The notes beneath the pieces are model-generated. The model made no database searches and was not told the origin of the DNA. It worked only from the letters and a program-made list of their open reading frames with translations. Both the position numbers and the translations under genes were made by a program. A stretch of 64,000 bases of DNA from an uncultured Planctomycetota bacterium (GTDB lineage Bacteria; Planctomycetota; PLA2; JAEUHO01), in the NCBI GenBank assembly GCA_963752285.1, contig CAVVXN010000003.1, positions 64,001-128,000 of the forward strand, given 5' to 3'. This document shows, piece by piece, positions 42,470-51,839 of the stretch (positions are counted from its first letter, which is position 1; each line of letters starts with the position of its first letter).

Positions 42470-43129
42470 CTACCCCGCTCGGCCCGCGCGCTTCGCCTCG
42501 ACCTTCGCCTCGACCTTCGCCCATCGGGCGCCGGGGTCGCCCGCGATCGCGAGGTCCGCCGGCGTGTCCACGTCGAAGCACACGTCCGGCTCGTGGACCG
42601 CGATGCGCGCGGTCTCCTTCGTGTGTCGGAGCAGGACCTCGCGCGCCCCCTGGACGTCGCCGTGGAGGTAGAAGTCGTCGGCGAGCCGCGCCGCGTAGAG
42701 GCCCGGATGTCCGCCGAGGCCCTTGTACGTCGGGTACGCGATCGCGCAGGACCGCGCGAGGAACGCCGCGACGAGGCGGTCCACGATCTCGGGCGGGACG
42801 AAGGGGACGTCGCCGGGGTGGAGCAGGAAGTCGCGCCCCTGGGCCCACGTCGACCTGAGTCCCACGCGGATCGAGGTGATCATGCCGCCCTCGGGGCTCT
42901 GGTTCTCGACGAGGTGGACGTGCGTGCTCCGGAGCCAGGAGAAGTCCTCGGCGCGCCCCGGCGGGTGCACGATCAGGACGTCGTGCACGCGGTGCGACCT
43001 CCGGTGGGTCTCGACCACGCGCTCGACGAGCGCGATCCCGTCCACCGGCTCGAAGAGCTTGGGCCGTCCGAAACGCCGACTCTCGCCCGCGGCCAGGACG
43101 ATCGCGATCGGTTCACCGTGGAGGGCCAT
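42470..43129 (-). CDS. MocA/MobA-like nucleotidyltransferase
   Basis: LAAGESRRFGRPK, GDVP, GHP, GDVQGAR and DVDTPAD motifs. Confidence 0.85.
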   Translation of the reverse strand: MALHGEPIAIVLAAGESRRFGRPKLFEPVDGIALVERVVETHRRSHRVHDVLIVHPPGRAEDFSWLRSTHVHLVENQSPEGGMITSIRVGLRSTWAQGRDFLLHPGDVPFVPPEIVDRLVAAFLARSCAIAYPTYKGLGGHPGLYAARLADDFYLHGDVQGAREVLLRHTKETARIAVHEPDVCFDVDTPADLAIAGDPGARWAKVEAKVEAKRAGRAG

Positions 43130-43254
43130 TCGGACCGAGTCTACCGCCCGGGCGGTTCGGACGGTCGTCCACGCCGACGCCTCCCGGTCGGGAGGCGCCC
43201 GGGCCCGCCGGTCCGGGCCCGGGGGCGCGGCGGGGGAGGGGGTACGATTCGGCC

Positions 43255-43587
43255 ATGGCCGGCACGGTCTTCGACACGAACGCGATCCGGGGCGGCGCGC
43301 CCGACGGGCCCCGGAAGGTCAACCTCTTCGAGACGCCCCGCTGCTTCGCGGACGTCCACGTCCTCGGGCCGGGCCAGGCGGCGCGCGTGCACGCGCACGC
43401 GCGGGAGGACAAGTGCTATCACGTCCTCTCCGGAGACGTCGTGATCACCGTCGGGGACGCGGAGCACCGGGTCGGGCCCGGCCGTCTGGTGTTCTGCCCG
43501 GCCGGCGTGTCGCACGGTGCGAGGAACGAGGGGACGGAGGACGTGCGCCTCCTCGTGTTCATGGCCCCGCACCCCCGGATGGGCTGA
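43255..43587 (+). CDS. cupin-domain protein
   Basis: HAH...YHVLSG and PAGVSHG motifs. Confidence 0.85.
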   Translation: MAGTVFDTNAIRGGAPDGPRKVNLFETPRCFADVHVLGPGQAARVHAHAREDKCYHVLSGDVVITVGDAEHRVGPGRLVFCPAGVSHGARNEGTEDVRLLVFMAPHPRMG

Positions 43588-43603
43588 GCGAAGGGAGTCG
43601 GAC

Positions 43604-44278
43604 ATGGCGACGCGGGTGGGGGTGATCCTGTCGGGTTGCGGGTACCTCGACGGCACCGAGGTCCACGAGAGCGTCCTGACGCTCCTCTTCCTGGACCGCG
43701 CGGGCGCCCAGGTGCGCTGCTTCGCACCGGACGCGGCGCAGCAGGCGGTCGTGGACCACCGGGACGGCGAGTCGGTGGCGGAGAGCCGGAACGTCCTGGT
43801 CGAGTCCGCGCGCATCGCGCGCGGCGAGGTCGAGCCGCTCTCCCGGGCGCGCGCGGAGGACCTCGACGCCGTGATCATGCCGGGCGGCTACGGGGCCGCG
43901 CAGAACCTCTCCGACTTCGCGCTCCGCGGCGCGCAGGCGCGCGCCGAGCCGGACCTCGCGAGGCTCCTCTCCCAAATGCACGCCGCGGGGAAGCCCATCG
44001 GCGCGATCTGCATCGCGCCGGCCGTGGTCGCGGCGGCGCTCGGCGCGTCGCATCCTACCCTCACCATCGGAAGCGACGCGGGGACCGCCGCAGCGCTGGA
44101 GGCGCTCGGCGCCCGTCACCGCGTGTGCGGCGTGGAGGGTCACGTCGTGGACGCGGAGAACCGGATCGTGTCGACGCCCGCGTACATGCTCGGGCCGGGC
44201 ATCCGGCACGTCGCCGCCGGCATCGAGCGTCTCGTCGCGGACGTGCTCGCGATGGCGAGGGCCCCCTCGGTCGCCTGA
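43604..44278 (+). CDS. elbB: ElbB (DJ-1/ES1 family) glyoxalase
   Basis: LSGCGYLDGTE, ESARIARG, PGGYGAA, ICIAP and STPAYM motifs. Confidence 0.9.
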   Translation: MATRVGVILSGCGYLDGTEVHESVLTLLFLDRAGAQVRCFAPDAAQQAVVDHRDGESVAESRNVLVESARIARGEVEPLSRARAEDLDAVIMPGGYGAAQNLSDFALRGAQARAEPDLARLLSQMHAAGKPIGAICIAPAVVAAALGASHPTLTIGSDAGTAAALEALGARHRVCGVEGHVVDAENRIVSTPAYMLGPGIRHVAAGIERLVADVLAMARAPSVA

Positions 44279-44358
44279 AGCGCGGAGGCGGCGCCGATCG
44301 CCTTGGTACGATCCCCGTCCCGGTTGTCTTGCACGAAGACGGAAGACCAGGAGCCCTC

Positions 44359-45459
44359 ATGCCCGTGACCGAGTCCGCCGTCCTGGACGCGCTGCGCGCG
44401 GTGATGGATCCCGACCTGAACCGCGACATCGTGAGTCTCGGTTTCGTGAAGAACGTGCGGATCGACGGGGGCCGCGTCGCCTTCGACGTCGAGCTGACCA
44501 CGCCAGCCTGCCCCGTGAAGGACCGGCTCGAGCGGGAGGCGCGCGAGGCCGTGTCCCGTCTCGCGGGCGTCGAGTCGGTGGACGTGCGGCTCACCTCGAA
44601 CGTGCCGCGCACGGGCGGAGCGGGCATGCACGGCTCGAACCCGGTTCCCTCCGTGCGGAACGTGGTCGCCGTCGGGGCGGGGAAGGGCGGGGTCGGGAAG
44701 TCCACCGTCGCGCTGAACCTCGCGCTCGGCCTGTCGGAGAGCGGCGCGCGCGTGGGCCTCCTCGACGCGGACGTATACGGCCCGTCGATCCCCAAGATGC
44801 TCGGCCTGTCGGTGCGGGCGCGCGTGGACGCGTCCGGGCAGCGCATCCTCCCGCACGTCGCCGCGGGGCTCCGCGTCATGTCGATCGGGTTCGTGCTCGA
44901 CCCCGAGAAGCCGATGGTCGTGCGGGGGCCGATCGTGCACACGGCCATCCGGCAGTTCCTCGGGGACGTGGAGTGGGGCGAGCTCGACTACCTCGTGGTC
45001 GACCTTCCGCCGGGCACGGGCGACGTCGCGTTGAGCCTGGTACAGCTCGTACCCGTCACCGGCGCCGTCGTCGTCTCGACCCCGCAGGACGTCTCCCTGA
45101 TCGACGTGCAGAAGGCCGTCAACATGTTCCGCACCCTGAAGGTGCCGATCCTCGGCCTCGTCGAGAACATGTCGTTCTACGTGTGCCCGGCGTGCGGCAA
45201 CCGCGACGACATATTCGGCCACGGCGGCGCGGAGGCGTGGGCGGAGGAGCAGGGCATCCCCTTCCTCGGGGGCGTCCCGCTGCACGCCCGCGTGCGCGAG
45301 GGCGGCGACGCGGGGCGTCCGGCCGTCCTCGACGACGCGGCGCCGGCCCCGGTGCGCGAGGCCTTCCGGGAGGCGGCCCGACGACTGGCCCAACAGGTGA
45401 GCGTCCACGTCCTGTCGAAGCCCGGCGTGCCCCTGGTCCAGATCGAGGGCCTCTCCTGA
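44359..45459 (+). CDS. apbC: Mrp/ApbC Fe-S cluster carrier ATPase
   Basis: LTTPACP, GKGGVGKST, DADVYGPS, DLPPGTGD and ENMS..CPAC motifs. Confidence 0.92.
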   Translation: MPVTESAVLDALRAVMDPDLNRDIVSLGFVKNVRIDGGRVAFDVELTTPACPVKDRLEREAREAVSRLAGVESVDVRLTSNVPRTGGAGMHGSNPVPSVRNVVAVGAGKGGVGKSTVALNLALGLSESGARVGLLDADVYGPSIPKMLGLSVRARVDASGQRILPHVAAGLRVMSIGFVLDPEKPMVVRGPIVHTAIRQFLGDVEWGELDYLVVDLPPGTGDVALSLVQLVPVTGAVVVSTPQDVSLIDVQKAVNMFRTLKVPILGLVENMSFYVCPACGNRDDIFGHGGAEAWAEEQGIPFLGGVPLHARVREGGDAGRPAVLDDAAPAPVREAFREAARRLAQQVSVHVLSKPGVPLVQIEGLS

Positions 45460-46367
45460 ACGACGCCTGGATCCCGCGACTACGGTGCCCCAGGAGCCGG
45501 GCGCCCTACGACCTCGACCTCTCGCGCCGGCAGGATCACGACGTCGTCGAGGGGTTCCTCGTGGCGCGGTCCACGCACGACGTGCGGCCGATCGTCGCCG
45601 GCATCGCCGTGCTCGTGCACGACCTCGCACGGCACTTGAAGGCGCACGGAAACGTGTACCGGCGCGTGCCCATGGTCGACTCCCGGGTCGTCCGGCTCGT
45701 CCTCGGCCGGTCGGGGCGCGGATCCGACGACTTCGTGCCCTTCGACGAGGTCGTTCGCCACTACGGCGACCTCGCCGCGACCGACGCCGACGCCCCGCGC
45801 GGGCCGGCGCCCGAGGACGAGGCCCTCCTCCGCCTGCTCGCCGAGCACGCGCCCCGGGGCGGCATCGGCCTCGACGTCGGCTGCGGGGTCGGTCGGAGCA
45901 CGTTCTCGCTCCGCGCCTTCCTCGACGAGGCGCTCGGAGTGGACCGGAGCGCCGCCCGGGTGCGCCGCGCGCGGAACCTCGCGACCACGCGCGCCGACTT
46001 CTTCGTCCCGGTCGTTCCCTCCCCGACCGAGGCCGCCGGCTCCCCCCGGCGCGCCGCGGGGAAGGACGAGCGGCTGGACCTCGAACGCCTCGTGCGCGAC
46101 CGCGTGGACTTCGCGGTGGCGGACGCGTTCGCGCTGCCCCTGGCCGACGGCGCGATCGACGTCGTCGTGCTGCGGCGCGGCGACGGCCGCGGACCGTGGC
46201 CCGACGCCTCGGCGGCCCTCGCGGAGGCCCGTCGCGTGCTCGCTCCCGGCGGCCTCCTCGCCCTCGAAGCCGAGGCGCGGGAGGGCGGGGACCCGTTCGG
46301 CGCGCTCGGCTCGGCCGGCGCGCTCGCGACGGACGCGCCCTGGGTGTTGTACCGTCACGGGTCATGA
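45456..46367 (+). CDS. class I SAM methyltransferase with Trm112-like N-terminus
   Basis: 'LRCP...VEGFL...PIVAGIAVL', LDVGCGVGR and RVLAPGG motifs. The only plausible start is a CTG overlapping the upstream stop, so the start is uncertain. Confidence 0.7.
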   Translation: MNDAWIPRLRCPRSRAPYDLDLSRRQDHDVVEGFLVARSTHDVRPIVAGIAVLVHDLARHLKAHGNVYRRVPMVDSRVVRLVLGRSGRGSDDFVPFDEVVRHYGDLAATDADAPRGPAPEDEALLRLLAEHAPRGGIGLDVGCGVGRSTFSLRAFLDEALGVDRSAARVRRARNLATTRADFFVPVVPSPTEAAGSPRRAAGKDERLDLERLVRDRVDFAVADAFALPLADGAIDVVVLRRGDGRGPWPDASAALAEARRVLAPGGLLALEAEAREGGDPFGALGSAGALATDAPWVLYRHGS

Positions 46368-46969
46368 CCACGGACCCTTCGAGTCCTCCGCCGACCTGGG
46401 TGCGCCCGGCGGTGCACGCCACGACCGGCTTTCTCGCGCTCCTGCTCGCCGTGCTGCCGAGGCCCTACGCCGTCTTCGCGGCGTGCCTCGGCGTGGTCGC
46501 GGGTTGGGTCGTGATCCCCTTCACCGTCGAGACCTGGCTCCGCCGGCCGGGCGAGCGATTTCTCTGCGGGCTGCGGACGTACCCCCTGGCCGTGCTCGGC
46601 CTCGTCCTCCTCCTCCCGCCCGCCGAGGCGGCCGCCGGCTGGGGCGTGCTCGCGTTCGGGGACCCGGCCGCCGCCGTCGCGGGGCAGCGGATCCCGAGCC
46701 CCCGTCTTTTCGGACACAAGAAGGCGACGATCGCCGGGAGCCTCGCCTACCTCGTGGTCGGCGCGGTCGCCGCCTTCGCCCTCTCCGAGGCGGTCGCCTG
46801 GGCCGGCCCGCGCGTCGGCCTCGTGGCCACGGGCGCCGCACCGGGCGCGGTGCGCGCGCTCCTGGCGGCGGTCGCGGCGGTGCTCGCCGACCTGGTCCCG
46901 GTGCCCCCCGACGACAACCTGCCGGCGGCGGCCGCCGCCGGCCTCGCGCTTGCTGTCACGCGCGCATGA
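46364..46969 (+). CDS. dolichol/phytol-kinase-like (CTP transferase family) membrane protein
   Basis: 'LAFGDPAAAVAG', 'KATIAGSLA' and 'DDNL' motifs; hydrophobic. Confidence 0.7.
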   Translation: MTTDPSSPPPTWVRPAVHATTGFLALLLAVLPRPYAVFAACLGVVAGWVVIPFTVETWLRRPGERFLCGLRTYPLAVLGLVLLLPPAEAAAGWGVLAFGDPAAAVAGQRIPSPRLFGHKKATIAGSLAYLVVGAVAAFALSEAVAWAGPRVGLVATGAAPGAVRALLAAVAAVLADLVPVPPDDNLPAAAAAGLALAVTRA

Positions 46970-48885
46970 CGGCGATCCCGACCTCTTTGCCCCGTCGTCT
47001 CCGTCCGCCGCGGCGGCGCGCGTTCCTCCGCGCGCTGCGCCGAGCGGTGGCGCCCTGCCTCGGCTCGGCACTCGGCGTCCTCCTCGCGCTCGGGCCGCGC
47101 GCGGTGGCGGACGACGCCGCGGCCGGGACGGTGCCCGAGGCGTCGGGGCTCGTGCTCGACGGCCGCCTCGACGAGGCCGCGTGGGGCGGGGCGCTCCGTC
47201 TCGCGGGCGCGTCGGTGGAGGTCACGCGTCCGGCGGCGTCTTTCGACGCCACCGCGCCCGACCGCGCGGAGATCCGCCCGGACGTGCGCGTCGCCGTCTC
47301 GGGCGGTCGGCTGTGGATCGGCGTCGCCCTCGACGACGACGCGGGGCGCTCGATCGGCTTCGACGCGTTGCTGGCGCCGGACGGGGCGGGCGCCGCCGAC
47401 GCGACGGCGCTGGCGTACGCGCCCGAGGACCCGGCCGCTGTGCGGTACGTCGCACGCGGGCCCCGCGGCTCCGGTCGGGGCGCCATCCGCCTCGAGGCGG
47501 CGGTCGACGTGTCCACGCCCGGACACTGGTCGGTCGAGGCTCGGGTCCCCCTCGCGGACCTGCCGCCGTTCCCGCTCCGCCTGGCGCTCGTCGTCCGTAC
47601 GCGCGAGGGCGGCGTCACCGCGTCCGTCCCCGCCGGGGCGGCCTTCGCGGGACCGGACCACTGGGCGCGGCTCGTCGGCCCGGCCGCGCCCGCGGCGCCG
47701 GTCGAGGTGGACGCCCAGACGATCGCCGCCGAGGACGCGGCGGACGTGCGCCGCCTCCGGGCCTGGCAGTCGTACCTCGCCGCCTCGGAGCGAGGCCTCG
47801 ACGCGATGGCGAAGGGCGCCGGCCTCGCGTCGCCGTGGGACACGGCCGTCTCGAAGGACGACGTGCGCCAAGCCGTCGAGCGCGCGCTCCTCGGCCCGCT
47901 CGAGGAGGCGCTCGCGGCGCGTCCCGACCTCGCCGCCGTCCACGTCCTCGAGGCCGAGACGCTGGCGGCCCTCGGCGAGCCCGACCGGGCGCGGGCGGAG
48001 CTGGACCGCGCCGAGGCCCTCGTCCCGGGCCTGAGGGAGGCGCGGTTCGTGCGCGCGATGCGGGTCGAAGGACCGGCGCTGGCCGGGGGACCGCCGGGCG
48101 GGCCCTCGGCGTGGGACGGCGCTCTGGCGCGCGCGCGGTCCGCGGTGACGGGGGCCCGTGGGCCCTACGAACGGGACGGCGCGGGCCTCGGCCTGGGCCT
48201 CCTGCTCCTCGGACACGGCGACTACCCGGAGGCCGCGGGGCGTCTCGGGCCGCTCGCGAAGCGGTTCCCCTTCGAGGGCTCCCTCGTCCTCGCCGCGGAG
48301 CGCGCGGCGCGCGCCGGCGACCTCGCGGCGGACGAGCGCCAGGCGCGCGCTCACGAGGCCGACCTCCCGCGCGTGCGCATCGTGACCGCGCGCGGCCCGA
48401 TCGAGGCGGTTCTCTACGAGGACGAGCAGCCGAACACGGTCGCGAGCTTCGTGTGGCTGGCGCGCCACCGCTTCTACGACGGACTCTCGGTCTCGGAGAC
48501 CACGCCGTTCCTCTTCGCCCTCCTCGGCGACCCGCGCACACGGGAGGGCGCTCCGGAGGGCCGCGCGCCGGGACCGGGCTACGCCGTGCCCGTCGAGGCG
48601 CCCCGGGGCGCCGGGGCGCGCGCCCATCCTCCGCTCCGCGGGAGTCTCGCGATGGTCCACGCCGGCGACCTCGGCGTCGGATCGCGCTTCGCGATCCTCG
48701 AGGGCACCGCGCTCCACCTGGACGGTCAGGTGATCGTGTTCGGACGCGTCGCCAAGGGCCAGGACGTGGCCGACGCGCTCGAGAAGGGCGACCGGGTGGA
48801 CCGCGTGGAGGTCGTGCGCGTTCGGGACGGCGTCGAGTACCGACCGCAGGCGATGGACGGTCGGCCGGCGCCCGACCCGCAGTAG
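46966..48885 (+). CDS. exported protein with C-terminal degenerate cyclophilin-type PPIase domain
   Basis: 'LDGRLDEAAW' (CBM9-like start), TPR-like middle, then 'PNTVASFVWL...FYDGL', 'RGSLAM', 'GSRF' and 'HLDGQVIVFGRV'. Confidence 0.72.
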   Translation: MTAIPTSLPRRLRPPRRRAFLRALRRAVAPCLGSALGVLLALGPRAVADDAAAGTVPEASGLVLDGRLDEAAWGGALRLAGASVEVTRPAASFDATAPDRAEIRPDVRVAVSGGRLWIGVALDDDAGRSIGFDALLAPDGAGAADATALAYAPEDPAAVRYVARGPRGSGRGAIRLEAAVDVSTPGHWSVEARVPLADLPPFPLRLALVVRTREGGVTASVPAGAAFAGPDHWARLVGPAAPAAPVEVDAQTIAAEDAADVRRLRAWQSYLAASERGLDAMAKGAGLASPWDTAVSKDDVRQAVERALLGPLEEALAARPDLAAVHVLEAETLAALGEPDRARAELDRAEALVPGLREARFVRAMRVEGPALAGGPPGGPSAWDGALARARSAVTGARGPYERDGAGLGLGLLLLGHGDYPEAAGRLGPLAKRFPFEGSLVLAAERAARAGDLAADERQARAHEADLPRVRIVTARGPIEAVLYEDEQPNTVASFVWLARHRFYDGLSVSETTPFLFALLGDPRTREGAPEGRAPGPGYAVPVEAPRGAGARAHPPLRGSLAMVHAGDLGVGSRFAILEGTALHLDGQVIVFGRVAKGQDVADALEKGDRVDRVEVVRVRDGVEYRPQAMDGRPAPDPQ

Positions 48886-49054
48886 GCGCTCGCGCGGCGC
48901 GGCGCGTCCCTTTTCGGCCCCCCGGGGTCGTCCGATCGTAGAGTGCTCCGCCATCCGCCGGTACGAGTCCGGCGGAGCGTCGGGCCGCGTCGGCTCGGGG
49001 ACGGTACGGGAGGGTTCCGCCGCGTCGGTGGTCGTCGCGGCAGGAGGAGCGGGC

Positions 49055-50947
49055 ATGAGCTTCACCGTTCAGGACGCCGAGCGCCTGTACGGGATCGACG
49101 CCTGGGGACACGGCTACTTCCGCGTGAACCCGCAGGGGCACCTCTGCGTCCATCCCGACCGCGAGGAACGGGGCATCGACCTCCTCCACCTCGTGTCGCG
49201 CCTGAAGCGGCGCCGGGTCCGGTTCCCCGCGCTGCTGCGCTTCCCGCAGATCCTGCACGCGCGCGTGGAAGAGATCTTCGGGGCGTTCGAGCGAGCGATC
49301 GAGGAGTACGGCTACCCCCAGCCGTACCGCGGCGTCTACCCGATCAAGGTCAACCAGCAGCGCGACGTGATCGACGAGCTGACCCGCGCGGGACGCGGAC
49401 GCGGTCTCGGCCTGGAGGCGGGGAGCAAGGCCGAGCTGGCCATCGCGCTCTCCCAGCGCCTCGACCGGGACGCCCTGATCATCTGCAACGGTTACAAGGA
49501 CAAGCCGTACATCCGCCTCGCGCTCCGCGGCGTGGCGCTCGGGAAGCGGGTGTTCCTCATCGTGGAGAAGCCGCAGGAGGTCCCGCTCATCGCCGCCGTC
49601 GCCCGCGAGACGGGCATCTCTCCCCTGCTCGGGATGCGCATCCGGCTCCGGGCCCGCGGCTCGGGCAAGTGGGAGAAGTCGGGCGGGAGCGAGGCGAAGT
49701 TCGGGCTGAGCACGCAGGAGCTGCTCGACGCCGTCGCCCTGCTTCGGCGGCACGAGCTCATCGACGGTTTCCGTCTCCTCCACTTCCACGTCGGCAGTCA
49801 GATCCCCGAGATCAAGAAGATCAAGAACGCCGTGAAGGAGGGCGCGCGGATCTACGCGAAGCTCCGGGCCGACGGCTGCCCGATGGAGTTCCTGGACGTC
49901 GGTGGGGGTCTGGGCGTCGATTACGACGGGAGCGGCACGTCGTTCGAGGCCAGCATGAACTACACGGTCTCGGAGTACGCGCGCGACGTCGTCTACAACG
50001 TCCAGGCCGTCTGCGACGCCGAGGAGGTGCCGCCGCCCGTCCTGGTGAGCGAGTCCGGCCGGGCCCTCGTCGCGTACCACGCGATGGTGCTCATGGAGGT
50101 TCGCGGGCAGAACCTCAGCCTCGACGGCGAGGCGATCCTCCTGCCCGAGGACGTCCACGAGGGCGTGCGCGAGCTCCACGAGATCTACAAGGGTGTCACG
50201 AGGAAGAACCACCGCGAGTCGCTGCACGACGCCGAGGAGATGCGTGACGTCCTCCTCGGCCACTTCGACCTGGGGTACCTGTCGCTCCGGGACCGCGCGC
50301 TGACCGAGCGCCTGGTGCAGGCCATCGCGGTCCGCGCGCTGGCCTACGCGGACGGCGAGAAGTACGTGCCCGAGGAGATCGAGCTCCTCAAGAAGCGGCT
50401 GATCGCGAAGTACATCGCGAACTTCAGCGTCTTCCAGTCGATCCCCGACTCCTGGGCGCTCGACCAGCTCTTCCCCATCGTGCCCATCCACCGCCTCGGG
50501 GAGCGGCCGACGGTGCGCGCGACGCTCTGCGACGTGACCTGCGACTCGGACGGGGAGGTGGACCGATTCACCGACCTGAGGGACGTGAAGGACGCGCTCG
50601 AGCTGCACCGACTCCAGGAGGGGAAGCCGTACTACCTCGCCGTCCTGCTCGTGGGCGCGTACCAGGACGTGCTCGGCGACTACCACAACCTCTTCGGCCG
50701 CGCGGACGAGGCCATGGTGACGCTCGGCAAGGGCGGCGCACGCGTGAACCGCGTCATGCCCGGCGACGATTCCGACGACGTGCTGAAGCTCTTTCGGCAC
50801 GACCCCGAGGGGATGGTGTCCTCGATCCACGAGCAGGCGCGAACGGAGATCCGCGAACGCCGCCTCACCCGCGCCGAGGCGAACGAGATCCTCGCCGAGT
50901 ACCGCGAGGCCCTCGAAGGCTACACCTACCTCGACTTCTCCGAATAG
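49055..50947 (+). CDS. speA: biosynthetic arginine decarboxylase
   Basis: YPIKVNQ, GLEAGSKAE, CNGYKD, HFHVGSQ, DVGGGLG, ESGRA, TCDSDG and GAYQ motifs. Confidence 0.96.
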   Translation: MSFTVQDAERLYGIDAWGHGYFRVNPQGHLCVHPDREERGIDLLHLVSRLKRRRVRFPALLRFPQILHARVEEIFGAFERAIEEYGYPQPYRGVYPIKVNQQRDVIDELTRAGRGRGLGLEAGSKAELAIALSQRLDRDALIICNGYKDKPYIRLALRGVALGKRVFLIVEKPQEVPLIAAVARETGISPLLGMRIRLRARGSGKWEKSGGSEAKFGLSTQELLDAVALLRRHELIDGFRLLHFHVGSQIPEIKKIKNAVKEGARIYAKLRADGCPMEFLDVGGGLGVDYDGSGTSFEASMNYTVSEYARDVVYNVQAVCDAEEVPPPVLVSESGRALVAYHAMVLMEVRGQNLSLDGEAILLPEDVHEGVRELHEIYKGVTRKNHRESLHDAEEMRDVLLGHFDLGYLSLRDRALTERLVQAIAVRALAYADGEKYVPEEIELLKKRLIAKYIANFSVFQSIPDSWALDQLFPIVPIHRLGERPTVRATLCDVTCDSDGEVDRFTDLRDVKDALELHRLQEGKPYYLAVLLVGAYQDVLGDYHNLFGRADEAMVTLGKGGARVNRVMPGDDSDDVLKLFRHDPEGMVSSIHEQARTEIRERRLTRAEANEILAEYREALEGYTYLDFSE

Positions 50948-50951
50948 GCGC

Positions 50952-51053
50952 TCGGCGCTCTGAGAGGCCAGTTCGCGGCCCTTCCTCCTCCTTGCGTGCA
51001 TTCGCACGCGGCGTCGTCGTCATGGCCACTCCTTTGGCCTCTCAGAGCGCCGA
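50952..51053. repeat. structured head module, copy 1 (19-bp inverted arms around a 64-nt core)
   Basis: tcggcgctctgagaggcca (50952-50970) and tggcctctcagagcgccga (51035-51053) form a perfect inverted repeat; core 50971-51034 is identical to 61532-61595. Confidence 0.9.
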
Positions 51054-51077
51054 TCGCGTGCGGGCGTGTTGGCGTGC

Positions 51078-51540
51078 GGGCTCGCGGGCCCGCCTTCGGC
51101 GGGGCCGCGTCGCGGCGACCGCGGGGGGGCTCGCGGGGCCGCCTTTGGCGGCGCCGCATCGTGCGGTGTGGCGGTGGGCTCGCGGGCCCGCCTTTGGCGG
51201 GGCCGCGTCGCGGCGACCGCGGGGGGGCTCGCGGGGCCGCCTTTGGCGGCGCCGCATCGTGCGGTGTGGCGGTGGGCTCGCGGGCCCGCCTTTGGCGGGG
51301 CCGCGTCGCGGCGACCGCGGGGGGGCTCGCGGGGCCGCCTTTGGCGGCGCCGCATCGTGCGGTGTGGCGGTGGGCTCGCGGGGCCGCCTTTGGCGGGGCC
51401 GCGTCGCGGCGACCGCGGGGGGGCTCGCGGGGCCGCCTTTGGCGGCGCCGCATCGTGCGGTGTGGCGGTGGGCTCGCGGGCCCGCCTTTGGCGGGGCCGC
51501 GTCGCGGGGTACCGGGACGGGCTCGCGGCTTCGCCGCATG
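51078..51540. repeat. tandem array of 9 palindromic units plus 1 truncated unit, 49-bp period, alternating A/B types
   Basis: GGGCTCGCGGG(C/G)CCGCCTTYGGCGG(G/C)GCCGC starts at 51078, 51127, 51176, 51225, 51274, 51323, 51372, 51421 and 51470; remnant at 51519. Confidence 0.92.
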
Positions 51541-51575
51541 CGCCCTTCGTCACCGGTCCGGACTAGGGGGAGTAG

Positions 51576-51828
51576 GGAGCCGGAGCAATTTGTCCGGATC
51601 CGTCCAGAACACCCTTGCCGTCCACTCGCGTCGTTCGCGACTGATTCGGACAAATTGCTCGGGCTCCGTACGTCCCAAGCCGCGTCCGCTGGCCGAGGAC
51701 CGCCGCGCCGCGTCCGCTGGCCGACTACCGCTGCGCCGCGTTCGGGCCGTTGGAGCCCGGGTCTGCCGCCCTGCGAGCGCCGGTCCGCCCGGCGGATTCG
51801 GACGAATTGCTCTGGCTCCGTACGTCCC
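51576..51828. repeat. 25-bp inverted repeat plus a second direct copy of the right arm
   Basis: 51576-51600 versus 51643-51667: inverted, 2 mismatches. 51643-51676 versus 51795-51828: direct, 2 mismatches in 34 nt. Confidence 0.75.
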
Positions 51829-51839
51829 CGTACGTCCAG

